Position numbers and translations under genes: made by a program. The notes under the pieces are model-generated. The model was not told the DNA's origin. It saw only the letters and a program-made list of their open reading frames with translations, and did no database searches. DNA of 64,000 nucleotides from Podarcis cretensis (taxonomy: Eukaryota), in NCBI GenBank assembly GCA_951804945.1, contig OX638155.1:75144001-75208000 (forward strand). The letters are read 5' to 3'. Shown here one piece after another: positions 11,471 to 24,863 of the stretch; positions within the stretch are counted from its first letter, which is position 1; the number at the start of each line of letters is the position of its first letter.

Positions 11471-14400
11471 CTATGTTGGAGAAACACACATAAGATAGAC
11501 GTAAATTATACCTAAGGATCATACAAATGAAACACTGTTAAAATTGATAGGCTACGTATAATATTTAGATGAAGCATGCATTTTGTAATCAAATCCTTAT
11601 TCAAATTAAACTCCCTAAGTGCAAAGAATGTGTGAACCTTGTCCTTTTATTTCCATTGAGTTTTATGATGTTCCATCACACTGTGTCAGTTATCCACAGT
11701 AACTCTGGAGGTGACTCAGATATCAAAGATACCAGCCGTTTTGCACATATGCATCCCTAAATGCCCCGACAAAGGGACTTCTCAGTTTAACTTCTATACT
11801 GACAGGGCTCAGTTGTCAGTTTTACCACTGCTCTTTACAACTATCACAGCAGAGAATGAATAATGCACAAAGCCCTGGGGAGAGGGGAACTAACAATATT
11901 CCTCCCCAATTTATGAAACACCCCATCAGATGCTTTAGTTCAGCTCCTTGTCACTTTCACTTCTATTGTGAATGGGCTTTTCTGAACTTTTTTTTAGAGG
12001 GGTGTGTGTAGGAAAGGAACATGTCAGTTCTACCACTGCTCTATGAGCAAAGGGCTTTCTACATTTCCGAAGTTGTTCAAGATGTTAAACCAGGAAAAGG
12101 TTTATTTATGATTAGTTATTTATTTACAGATTAAACAGATATATCATATGCTCAGCGGTGGAGCAAATGGCCCCTCTTTAAATTGTATCTGAATATACAG
12201 ATTGCTAATTTGCTATTTCTTACAGGTGTGTCCTCAATATTTGTATCATTGTCTCTACCCATGATATTGCAAGGACATTAACTATGCAAAATCATATTTT
12301 ATTACACTGATCTCCCATAGCTCATATAAGGTTTTGCAACCTGAGGTTCCTCTGCTAAGCCTGGTCCCCTGAAGAACTTTTCTTGTACAGTCGCCAAAGC
12401 AGAAGCAAGCAGCATACAAAAGTTAGCCCTAAATTTTTAAAATGTGCACCAAATACTTGCATTTTTCAATCCATCCTCATTTAAGTGACAATAAAAACTT
12501 AGCACATCTTTAATGCAAGGCATCTTTAAGGCAAGGCATATATTCAAAGATGTCACTTCCATTAGAAAGAATTTCTTTTTAAAAAGTCATTCTATTCTTG
12601 GAAGTCCTTCTTATTTTCCTATTTTTTAGATATTGGAAAACATCTGATTCATTATCAAAACCACTGATTATAATAATGTAGCCCAAAGCTCACAATTCTA
12701 AAGATTATGTATTAATTAACACTATAAAGTCTTGATAAAACAATCCCTTCTGACCACTCAATCTTGCTTTTGAACACAATGTATGAGTTTTACTTGGTTT
12801 CAAAAGCAAAAGATTGAACACTGATCATAAATTTACAGGAAACTAGAGCAGCTTGCAGGTCCTAATGCAATTGTGTCTTGAACAACAGAATGGCGGGCTA
12901 TTAATGGCTTTATTTTCAGAATGGAAAATGCTTTTTCCAGTTTAGAAACAAAACTTGGAACACAATAGGCTAACAAAAAGAAAAATGCACTTTGTGATAA
13001 AAGTGCAAACTTGTTATTCACCAAGTGATAATAATAATAATTTATTATTTATACCCCGCCCATCTGGCTGGGTTTCCCCAGCCACTCTGGTTTCCCCAGT
13101 CTGGGTTTCCCCAGCCATCACTGGTTTCCCCAGTGATGCCCAAGTTAACAATGGGAAGCTTCTGTAATATCTCCAAATTCAAAATGGTGGCTTATTTTGT
13201 AACTCTACAGGGTGTGGAGTAGGAAAAAAATGCACCATCTTGAATCACTTGAGTCCAACTCGCTCATCTTACTTTTTAAATAAGACATGTAAGGAACACT
13301 AACCAGGCAGTAGTTAAAATGGCTTGTTTTTCTTAAACATGATTAAGCATTACTTCTAATGATTAAGAAGTGGCTACAAGTTATTTTGTGAAACCATTCT
13401 TTAAAATAGATTTGCAAAGCACGGTTTGAATTTATTATAATTACATGATTATCTGCATTAGGAAAATGCAGTTTCTGAGGGTACAAAATCAATAATATAT
13501 AAAATCATCAACAACAACATCATCCAAACTGTCGATTTCCAGGTGGAAGGCAGGTTTCTCCTAGTGTCACCACATACAGAGCCTCTAGTGCAGAGCTTAA
13601 CCATGGTTTCACTGTATAACTGGAAACATGGTGAAACTGTACATCCGCATTGGACCCACCTAGACATTGTTTTGAAATAATACTAAACCATAGCTTAGCA
13701 TTATATGCATGGTCTTCCTTCCCAAGCTTTCCTCTTGGTCCTCTTGTCTGACCAGAGGGGATAAAAAACACCCATTTCCATTTGAAACCAGCCACAGCTT
13801 TTAGTGGTTTACAACACAGCCATAGTGTCAACCATATATGCATGTTATTAAAAACTGTGCGGCAATATTTTAAGATGATGCTACATCTTTAGAAATCACC
13901 TGATTCCATCCATTTCCCACCTTCTCCCCAAACAAAGCAACATTTTAATTATTATTTTCCACCAAAGGCCACTATCATTGTCATCAAATCAGCAAGGATT
14001 ATCTATCTGAAAGCAAGCTCAGAAGTCTTCCCTCCCCAGCCCCCCGGGGTGGGACAGACATAGGAATACTTGTGTTTGCTCAGTAAAAGGCATACCACTG
14101 TATATTTCTTCTTTCTGGAAGGAATACAACACTGCTACAGAAGAATAACATACTTTTCATGTTTTACTAATATTACCACTCTGCATTACAACTCTGCATA
14201 TAAAAATATATGTCGTTCACATTAAATTAGTGGTCTAGTCAATGCAGTTGCTTTAGATGGGGGCAGCCTCCTTAACATATGTCAGATATTTTTTTTACAA
14301 AAACAGAATGCACTTCCATTATACAAAATAAGCACATATTGATGCAGAAAAATCCCATCTGGTTGCACAAAAATGCAATATAAGAAGTGATCCTGAGATC

Positions 14401-14703
14401 AAGGGTTTGCACAAGTTTCTTGTTCTGTACTTCGAGGAACAGTTCACATTCGATGCAGATTCAATCCTACTGTATAACACACAGTGTCATACTGTTCTGA
14501 ACTTCTTAAGCAGAAACCATTTATCAAAGGAAATAACTACATGAACAATGGGTGCTTCCCAAGCATATATACTCTCTCATATGTCCTAGCTGGACTGACA
14601 ATTTGTTCCTTAGTCTTCTGATGAATGATTATATTTTGATTATGGGACACCATTCTTAAGTTTGAGCAATCTTTTATCATCTTTGAGCAATCTTTATCAT
14701 ATA

Positions 14704-15105
14704 TATTGGCTCCCAGTACGTTTCCGGGCACAGTTCAAAGTGTTGGTGCTGACCTTTAAACCCCAAACAGCCTTGGTCCAGTATACCTGAACGAGCATCT
14801 CCACCCCCATCGTTCTGCCCGGACGCTGAGGTCCAGCGCCAAGGGCCTTCTGGTGGTTCCCTTTCTGCAAGAAGCCAAGTTACAGGGAACCAGGCAGAGG
14901 GCCTTCTCAGTAGTGGCACCTGCCCTGTGGAATGCCCTCCCACCAGATGTCAAAGAGAACAACTACCAGATTTTTAGAAGACATCTCTAGGCAGCTCTAT
15001 TTAGAGAAGCTTTTGATGTTCAATAGACTGTTGTGTTTTAATATTTCATTGGAAGCCACCCAGAGTGGCTGGGAAAAGCCAGCCAGATGGGTGGGATATA
15101 AATAA

Positions 15106-15143
<38 letters not shown>
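14704..15143 (+). mobile_element. L2-clade LINE 3' end with (TAT)n tail
   Basis: WLPV.FR..FKVL-type coding remnant and ...CCCAGAGTGGCTGGGAAA.GCCAGCCAGATGGG..TATAAATAAA tail. Further fragments lie at ~8880-9380, ~18490-18780, ~13030-13090 (-) and ~44690-44790 (-). Confidence 0.75.
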
Positions 15144-18100
15144 CTTCAGGGCATTATGCTAAGTAAATGCCAGTGTGTCATAACAAACAAGCAAAGAACA
15201 TAAGAAAAGCTTGGCTAGGCGAGACCAAAAGCTGATCTAGTTCAGCCTCCATAAGGGCAATAACCTTCTTCCCTCTGTTATTCCCCCATCAAATGGCATT
15301 TGGAGTCATGCTATGGTCATGGCTTTGCACAATCCACTTTCAGAGCTGTTTAAGCTGATGATCATCACAACTTCTTGTGCAAGCGAAACCCACAGTTAAA
15401 CTAAGTGCCCTGCAAAGAAGACCTTCCCTTTCTCTGTCCTGAATCTCCCACAATTAGGTTCACCAGATGACGCATGCTCGAGTATTATGAGAGAAAGAAA
15501 AGCTTAATTCTATCACTTTCGCCACATCATGCATAATATTATGTCTTATTTACTGTTTCCACCCTAAACACCTTTGAAGCGCAGCAACAACAAAAACCAG
15601 ATGAAAGCAAGTGTGGTTGCATCACTGTAGCGGTCCCTTCTAAGTGTGTGTAGAGGATTGAAGTCTGTACCTGGTTTACAGACCACTGAGAGAGAATGAC
15701 TTGTTTTTGCCAAGCTAACTGTGGTAAATTACTAAATGGTTCAGGATTAAAAAGTGAACCCTTTCCTGGAAACAAACAAATCAATGAACAACATAGCTAA
15801 AATGATAGGATCAGATTCAACTAATTAGTCTCACTAATGGAAGTCTCCACAGGGACCACCACTAATACCTGTACAAGGACTTCCCCTAATACGGTTGGGC
15901 TTTCTGCACTCTTCTCTCCCATAGTGCTGCTGACAAAAACCCAAAGTGGCTCTGGTGCAGTCAGGAGAAGCCCCAGAACAACAAAAGGATAGGGAGGGTC
16001 ATTCCATCTGGCAAGCTGAAATGCTTGAGTTGATGGAATGATTGGTCCAGCACTACATTGAATTCCTCCCAGAATAATCAATCAAGGGATGGGTAAAGAC
16101 AAGAAATTTACTACAGACATTACCACACTTGTCCGTCTGGTAAGATTATGCTTACTACTTGGCAGGACTACATAAATAACCCATTCATAAAGTGGTTACA
16201 ACCAAATCATTAACACCTGGTAACTGTTTGAGTGCAATTTGTGAAATTTGTGTGGGAGCTAACTATTCACTAATTATAGAGAAATATAAGGCCCATTTTA
16301 TTTTCTTCTCATGAGTAGGCAATATTCAGTTTCCAAGCAACAGGGAAATATCTGAAGGAAGTCAAGCTATAAGCATATTTGAAATATAAACTGGGAAATA
16401 ACTTAAATTAACGATATGATGTGCAAGGTCTAAGCTCATTAGTGTGGTGCAGTACTTAGCAACGAGATGATTAACTGCTTGCATTTATGCTGTAACAATT
16501 AGTCTTCAACATCACATTAAGATAAAAAGTGCTAATTCTTTTTTTTCTCACTTGCTATTGTTTCCGATCAGACTCTAAGAGGGTTTGCAGCATTCAACAG
16601 ATCTAGTCATTGCTATTGCTGGCATACCAGAGGGAATAAGCATGACCTGGACCTGCAGAGTTTACAAATCTCATTGAGGTTTTGCTCCATGAGCCCTCAT
16701 TTTGAATGATAGATCTGAAAGAGAATCAGAAGTGTGATTCATGCCACCCGAAAGGAGGTTCTGAAAACTAATGAAAATGCAAATCAGCCCTTATTTAGCA
16801 AGCTTTCAGAGCTCAGCTAATCTGGATAATTCAGCCAATTACTTAACATCAGAGACAGTGATAGGCCTACAATAGTTTAGAGCCACTTAATACTAAACAG
16901 ATTAACAAAACAGCTGCCTTAACTGAGTTTCTGGCAAGAGTGGCAGTGTTTGAGAACTGAAGTCTCTAAAGGAAATGATTGGTGTGGAAGATTATTGAGA
17001 ACAGGCTTCCCCAACCTAGTACCCTCCAGATGTCTTGGGCTATGACTCCTATCATCCCTGGGCACTGAAAATGTTGACTGGGGCTGATGGAGTTGTATTT
17101 TGAAACATATAGAGAGAACCAGGTTAAGGAAGGCTGATCAAGAAGGACCTGTGCCTGAGTAGCTAACCTGTACTGTCAGCTCTGTCTCTTTCTTGTAGAA
17201 GGCAAAACAAAGTGATGAGTTAAGAGCTACCAGGAACAAAAAAACTACCATTTAAAACCCTACATGTTAGACACATTATGGGACTCTATTCAAATCATAA
17301 AACTGAAGTTAGATGATGGGAAGATTCGTAGGTAGTACAGAAATATTGTTGTTCAGATGTATAGGTCAGATTATATTGGGAGGTCCAAACACTGATTCAA
17401 TAAGGGTCTCTTCACATACAATACTGACAAATCACAATTTGTGTGAATTTATTTATTCTGAGAGTTCTCTGTTGGACATATTGTGCTCTCCTCAAGGTTA
17501 GGGACTAGAACCTTATACCTGCATATTATTATTATTTACAGCATTTAAAGAAAATTAAGTAAATAAATAAATAAATATAGAAATTCCCTCAGTTAATTCC
17601 TGGAGGCTCACAAAGTATAGGCACTATGCAAGAGAAAAATGGGTACTAAGGACAGAAAGCTAGATTAGAATATAAAAAGTTGATGCATATTTTATAAAAC
17701 ATGGATTGGATCAAGACTTTGTTGATCTTTGTTTCCATTGAAAGAAATGAGAAACAGCAAGTCTCACTGATAAAAGTCTGTTAACTTAGTCTCAATCCCA
17801 ATGTCAAGGTTCCTTCATAAAAGTTGGTCATTGTTTCTTTTTTAGAAATGTATCTTATTTCTGTCACTCTTCCCTTTTGGAGGAGTTGAGGGATGAAATC
17901 TAACGGGAGGAAATATATTTTCTTTTTTAAGGAGGAGAAAGAAATATGGCAGACAGGATGAGAAAGAGACTTCTAAGAGAACTGAAAAAGAACACAGATG
18001 AGAAATCTTAAGATGACAAAAACACAGTATAGAACCATAGCTCAGTGGAAAAGCTTCTGCTTTGCATGTAGAAGGTTCAAGCTTTGGAATCTCCAGTTAT

Positions 18101-20890
18101 GGCTAAAGAGTCACAGCCAGTCAATAGACAGTATGGAATCAGATGGTTCAGTTGCCTGACTTGGTATAAGGCTGCTTCCTTTGTTCCTAATAACAGATAC
18201 AGATAAACACACTCCAGTCTAAAGACAAGTCATCTATATAATCAGCCTCAGCTTCCATTAAGTAGAGTTCTGAAGATGAGAACAACAACAAAATGGGGGC
18301 CCCTTTGACACTGCTTTGCAACATACTATATTGCACTGGCAACTGATATAGTCCTAGTTACAGATTCCTCCTTTTAGTTGAAGCTGACCAGTGTAGCTGC
18401 AGGTGGATTTAGGAGCTAGCTGATGACAGCTGCCAGCTAGACATCGCAACCAAGCAGTCTTTCAATTACACTAAAATGATTCTTGGGATGTTGCTGCCAA
18501 ATTGGTTCCAGGCTCAATTTAAAGTGTTGGTTTAAGCGTCTAACACCTAAAAAGGCTTTGGGGCTTGGTTATCTCACGAACCAGCTGCTCACATACCTGC
18601 CTGCCTGCCAGTTATGGAAAATCAGCAACTAAGGCTCTGATTGTGGTCCTGCCCTTAACTGTGGCACTAAGATTCCTTGATGACACTGAGATTATGACAT
18701 CCCTTCCCCTTGGAGGCCTTGTGGGTTCCTTCTATTTTTAGCTTTTCAGACATCTATTTAATGCTCTTTAGCAGGCCTGTGCAAAGCCTGTCTGAGGCCT
18801 GACTTGGGAGTCTCGCTAGAATAAAGTTATAAACAAAAAATAAAAAAGCAGCCAGTCTCTAGCAGGGACCTCTGTCCAGCTTTGCCTTCTGAGATCCAGG
18901 GCAACCACACCTGTCTGCCACACTTCCTACACATGCCTGCTCTTTAATATCAGGGAAGTTTTCTTTTTTCAAGTTGCTTCTACCCCACATTTGCTGTCAC
19001 GTTCTGTGCTTGGCTTTTAACCTTACACTGCATTCTCTAAATCAGATCTGTGGAAATCCAGACTAACAAATGGAACCATCTTCACTTGGAAGTACATCCT
19101 TGGGCCTTTTCTGTGCTTTGATGTCCACAGGATTGTGTAACCCTGCTGTTTTGTCGAGGGGGTAGAGTTTCAATGAGGTACATTACTAAAGAATTAATAA
19201 AGAAGAAGAAGCTGGTGTATTATTCAGAGACATATTGTTCCTCTTCCAGCTTGAAATATATTATTTTAAAAAACCATTGTTTTCTTCTTATGAAGTAATT
19301 ATGCAAGCATGTCTTAAAAGTTAGGCAGATCAATAATTTACAAGTTTCACAATCTTGATTCCTTAATGCAGCTCTATTTATTCATTTCATTGCCCTGCTT
19401 CTCCACAGCTGTGATCTCATTCTCAAAAATGAATGCCTCTTGCCAAAGGGGCCCATAGATTACCAGCATTTTAGAATTAACATAATTAAAACCAACACAT
19501 TTAAAAATGCTCAAGGAACCCTGCTCAGGGAACAATCAGAGCAGAGAGGCCACAGATTCATCCGGTGTCCTGTTGACTTTCTTCTGTTCAGCTCAGAAGA
19601 GGTGGGGTGAGTTTGGGCGGGTGCATTTCTGGGAGCAGAGGGGCATGGATTAGGCTCCACACATGGCACTGGGCCAACTTTGGATCCAGCAGATCCATTG
19701 CCGCCACTGCTCCACCACCTCAATATCCCATTTGGGAGAGTTTACATTGGCTACTGAGTTTATATTGGCTGCTAAGAAATACCATCAGCATCACGACTGC
19801 CTGTATCTTCAGCGGGCACAGTAAAGGCCCTATTGGTGGTCATCAGACATAATTCATTCATAACAGTGCTCAGCTATTAGCTGAGCTTTTAGTGCTCAGC
19901 TAAAAGTTCTCAAAGGAAAAATTCTGATTGTTTTATCACCCCCCCCCAAAAAAATGGCTAAGTGAAGATACCCAGAGCTTACAGGATTGACAGCTTGGGA
20001 AGTTACGTCCTGTCACTGGGGGGGGGGGGGGTGTTCACGTCTTTGTTATGTGAACATTTACTTTCTGTTTTGCTGCAGCAGGAGAACCATCATGCCGTCG
20101 CTCTCTCCTGGCTGATTTGTTTTGCTGCTGTACAATAAACGCTTCTTAGAATAGAGAAGCTACTGTACATGTGTTTTACTGCATGGCTGAGATTCTTCCA
20201 CAAAGGCACACACTGCACAAGTTTCTCTGCTGTAACCAGGAGAAGCAGGTTGATGCAGGGGAGAGGGCTGGACGCCACAACAGTCCCACTGGTCGCAGCC
20301 TTAACGGACGCTCAACGGAACAGGCTACTACACAGAATGGTCCCCAAATATTCCCTGGCAATTTTTGTATGTGGCAGCCACCATCTCACTACCCTCCCTC
20401 CCAATGTCCCTTCCACCCCCCACATACACACACACACACAATGCCCTGTAACTTACTATGCTGGGTCCAGAACATTGCTGAGGATGCAAAAGGTGGCTAG
20501 AATGACAACACAGCTGCAACTGATGTCTCAGTAAGAATGGCAATTGGTCAGTGGCTATGGGAGTTGTAACCTGAAATATCTATGCTGGGGAAGGCTGCTC
20601 TACCACTATGGTTCTGGGACATATAGTAGTGGTGGGAAAACTGAAATCGAAAGCTGGTGAAGCCTGCTGATAACACCAGTAATACTCTACAACCAACTGA
20701 AGCAATGGCATGAAACAGGCTTACATTCCAATACCCCTCAAAGATTCAAGAGACTCTCAATTAAACAAAAGCAAGGGGGGAAATAGTGCGTGCCAAATGA
20801 AGGTTAGTTTTCTATTTATATGACAGTGGAAACAAAAATCTCCAGTTTATCAGTAAAAAGTGGAAATATAAGGAGAAAAAGCTTTTGTCA

Positions 20891-21067
<177 letters not shown>

Positions 21068-23311
21068 TCAGGCTGAAATTGCCGCAGTTTTCACACAGTT
21101 TTCAGAAATAAAGGATACAACAAATGTGTTTGCACGTCAGTGTATAAAATAGCCCTGTGGCTGTAGGAATATTGGTGGTCCATATCTGGAGCCTTCACAA
21201 GACACAGGCTAAAACACTGAAATAACATATTTATTTGTGCAGCATACAGCCTTAGAGACTACCCTGCAGACCAATAAGTCCTCTGTTCAAATTTCACCTC
21301 TTCTGTTAACCCACTAGATACACTGAGGACCACACTGCATCTTAGATAATGTATAACGGTGATTAAAAGCGACTTCAGGAGGAGGCAAATGAGAGAAATG
21401 AAATGGGGGAGGAGGGGAGGAAGAGAGACTTAACCTTTTCCTAACCTGCTTCATCCAGTGTATAGGTAAGCTATGAAACTCACTTCCACAGTGATGGACA
21501 CCAACCTGGATGGCTTTAAAATAGGATTGGACAAATTCATAGAGAAGCTATCAATGGTTACTAGTCATGATGGATATGCTCTGCCATTGTGGTCAGAAGC
21601 ACCGATGCTTCTGAATGTCAGTGGCTGGAAGCTGCGGGAAGGGAGAATATTTTTGTACTCAAATCCTGCTTGCTGATTTCCCACAGGCATCTGTTTGTGC
21701 TTTATTATGTATTTTGTGTTGGCATTTTGTAGTTTTGTGTTGTGATTTGCCCTGTGATCTTTGGATATGTATTTAATTCTTCATCATCATCATCATCATT
21801 GGCTACTGTGAAAACAGGATGCTGGATTAGAGGGGTCATGGAGTTTGATCCAGCAGCCTTTTCTTGTTTGCATACCATTTATCTGCTCTGAAATAGCCCT
21901 TTGTTGTAGCTTTTCCATTATGGGATTCAAACTGCATGTTTGTGAAAGCAAACACATTTTAAATGCTGCAGAGATAGGAAGCCATTTGTAAGTAGTGGTT
22001 TTGAAAAGGGAAGAATTAGTTCATGGGAAGGTTAATTCTTTTTCCTACTTACTCCATCCATGTTTTCAGTCTCCCCCTCCTGAAGTGGCTTTCATATTCC
22101 AAAAGGAGCAATGAGCTATCATTATACATAAGTAGTGTGCAGTTTGGCCCTCAGATAAACCATTATCTTCCAGCCTCAATGCCTTTCTTCAATACAGAGA
22201 TTGTGATAATGATCTGCTTTGACAGGTCATTATAAAGACTGCTGAGATAATGTATCTAAACTATCTATGAAATGTGTTTCATAGCCCTAGCTTGTGTTAA
22301 TGCCCCTGAAGTGCCATCAGAGACGTAGCAGTTAAAGCATAGGTGAAATTTGTGCCACATACATGGTAAATTTGGTCCATTTATGAACAAGTACAGGTAA
22401 ATACGTATCCTTCTGGAAAGAACTCCGTAACACAGAGCTGAAATTAAATGGATTATTTCCGCTGACTGCATCAGAAATTCTCAATATTCTCAAGGACTGT
22501 AATGTCCAGAAATGTCATAAAATAATTGGAAATTGCTCTATGTAGGATGGAGACTTGTACGACACCAAAAGAGAAGGAATGCATTACCCTAAAGAGAGAG
22601 AGGATTAAAGCTACTACTAAGAACACAGTCTGATTAATGACATGTGTTCTTAATCCAGATGATGCCTCAAAAGAGCATATTGAGGAGGGGGCTAAGCATG
22701 ATTAGCTATTGATAATACTTGCCTTCAAAACTATATAAAATAAAATAAGGGGTACAATTACTGGCATGTTCCAACTATTGGAATCAATATTTTTGATGCT
22801 TGTTTAACTAGCACCACCACCCTAAAAAGTAAAATATCATGGTGGTAAAATATCAAGATGACATAGATGTTAAAATATCAATATGATATCACCAATATTT
22901 AAGATTTTTTTTCTGACAAAGCAAATGTAATGTTTTTCCACACATTTCTTTAAAAACCCTATAATATCATTTACCTGTTATGATAGACAACTGAAAGTTA
23001 ATTCACTTGGAAAAATTTCCAACCCACAAGGAATGCTATCATATGAAAATGTCCATCATGCATTAAGCTTCTTGTACAATGAATGCCTGTAAGCCACACA
23101 TACTATGATAGTAGCACTGAGTGGACTTGAAAAATGTTGCTACAATTGACAACAAAGTATTACATGACAAAAAACTCTTAGCATAAACATTAAATATCTA
23201 TATACCTGAAGGATGCCATCTAATGATGTAAATCATATTTTAAATAAATAGGAGCAAGGGAGAAGCAAGTACAGTAGACATAATTGAGACAAACACACAT
23301 AACGTATAGAC

Positions 23312-23447
23312 CAGGCATTCCCAAATTCGGCCCTCCAGATGTTTTGGGACTACAATTCCCACCATCCCTGACCACTGGTCCTGTTAGCTAGGGATGATGG
23401 GAGTTGTAGTCCCAAAACATCTGGAGGGCCGAGTCTGGGGATGCCTG
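23312..23447. mobile_element. Palindromic hAT-type MITE
   Basis: CAGGCAT...ATGCCTG termini; 8-bp TSD GTATAGAC/ATATAGAC. More decayed relatives lie at ~17000-17135, ~36690-36790 and ~63010-63120. Confidence 0.9.
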
Positions 23448-23503
23448 ATATAGACCATCAACTCAACATATACATAATTAATTATAAATATATGATAAAA
23501 CTA

Positions 23504-23770
<267 letters not shown>

Positions 23771-24863
23771 TCAGATTTCCAGATACATTAGGAAGCCCTA
23801 TTCAGCTCAGACTTTACATGTTCCACTGAACTCCCCCCCCCCCAGTTCCCAGATTAAGGAAAGTCCTTGTCAGTATCTCTTTAGAATGATGATTATATAT
23901 GCCTTTTATAGGTGTTTCAAAGGAATTTACAAATACAACGTAAGGACAGCTCAAAATGGTTTTCAAAACAGTACAAAATAACAACTAAAGATCAGTTTAA
24001 AAACAATTCAAAATGATAACCTTTTCATCCAGATGGAAATTGTCTTAACAAAAATGTTTCCAATTGCTTCTGGAAACTACCAATAGTGGGCACCTGTCAT
24101 ATCAAAAGTATGGAGTAACTGGAACATATGGAATACATACGAAGTTTAGACAAACCCTAAGCATGGCAACTAAAGAAAGGAAGTATTTTGCATTTCTATA
24201 TCATCAAATAAAAATGATATAGATTAAATTTAGAATGATCCTGAGCATATCTAAGTCTCCCTCCTGGTTCTTTCCAGTGAGAGGGAAAATACAATTTAAA
24301 AAAAAGAAATGGAACACAAAAATTGTGTCTCCACCTTAACTTCTGCCCTGTTAGTTTTTGGATATGGCAGTAAAACTGAAGGCAGTTCAGATAGAAATAT
24401 ATATGCAGTGTATACATCATTAACTTAGTATGACTCATTATTCCTATAATTGTTTACAAGTAGGTTAGCATTTTGTGACAGTACATTGTGGTTCGAAACA
24501 CATCCTTTTGATTACTGAAAGAGACTTCAGTAAATGTCTTCTATTAACATTTTTTTTCCTGCTCCTCTGTGCTCAGGTTCATATGATGGAGCACATAATA
24601 GAGAAAGTCACTCGCTGATAAAGTCAAGAGGCTTGCAGGCAGTAACAAGCTGTCTTTGCTAGAGTTCATCCTTTTTTAAACTAGTGACTATTCCTGTTTC
24701 CCCCGAAAAATGCACCATCTTCACCTCTCTTGAGAAGGAAAGAAAGAAAACAATGGTGGGCAGCTTAAGAAAGCTTTTGCAATTGTCTTCAGCCTTGACA
24801 ATTCAAAGTGTCTCTTAGAAAAGTCAGACCACTAGTAAGATAAGGATTTTAATAGGAAATTTG

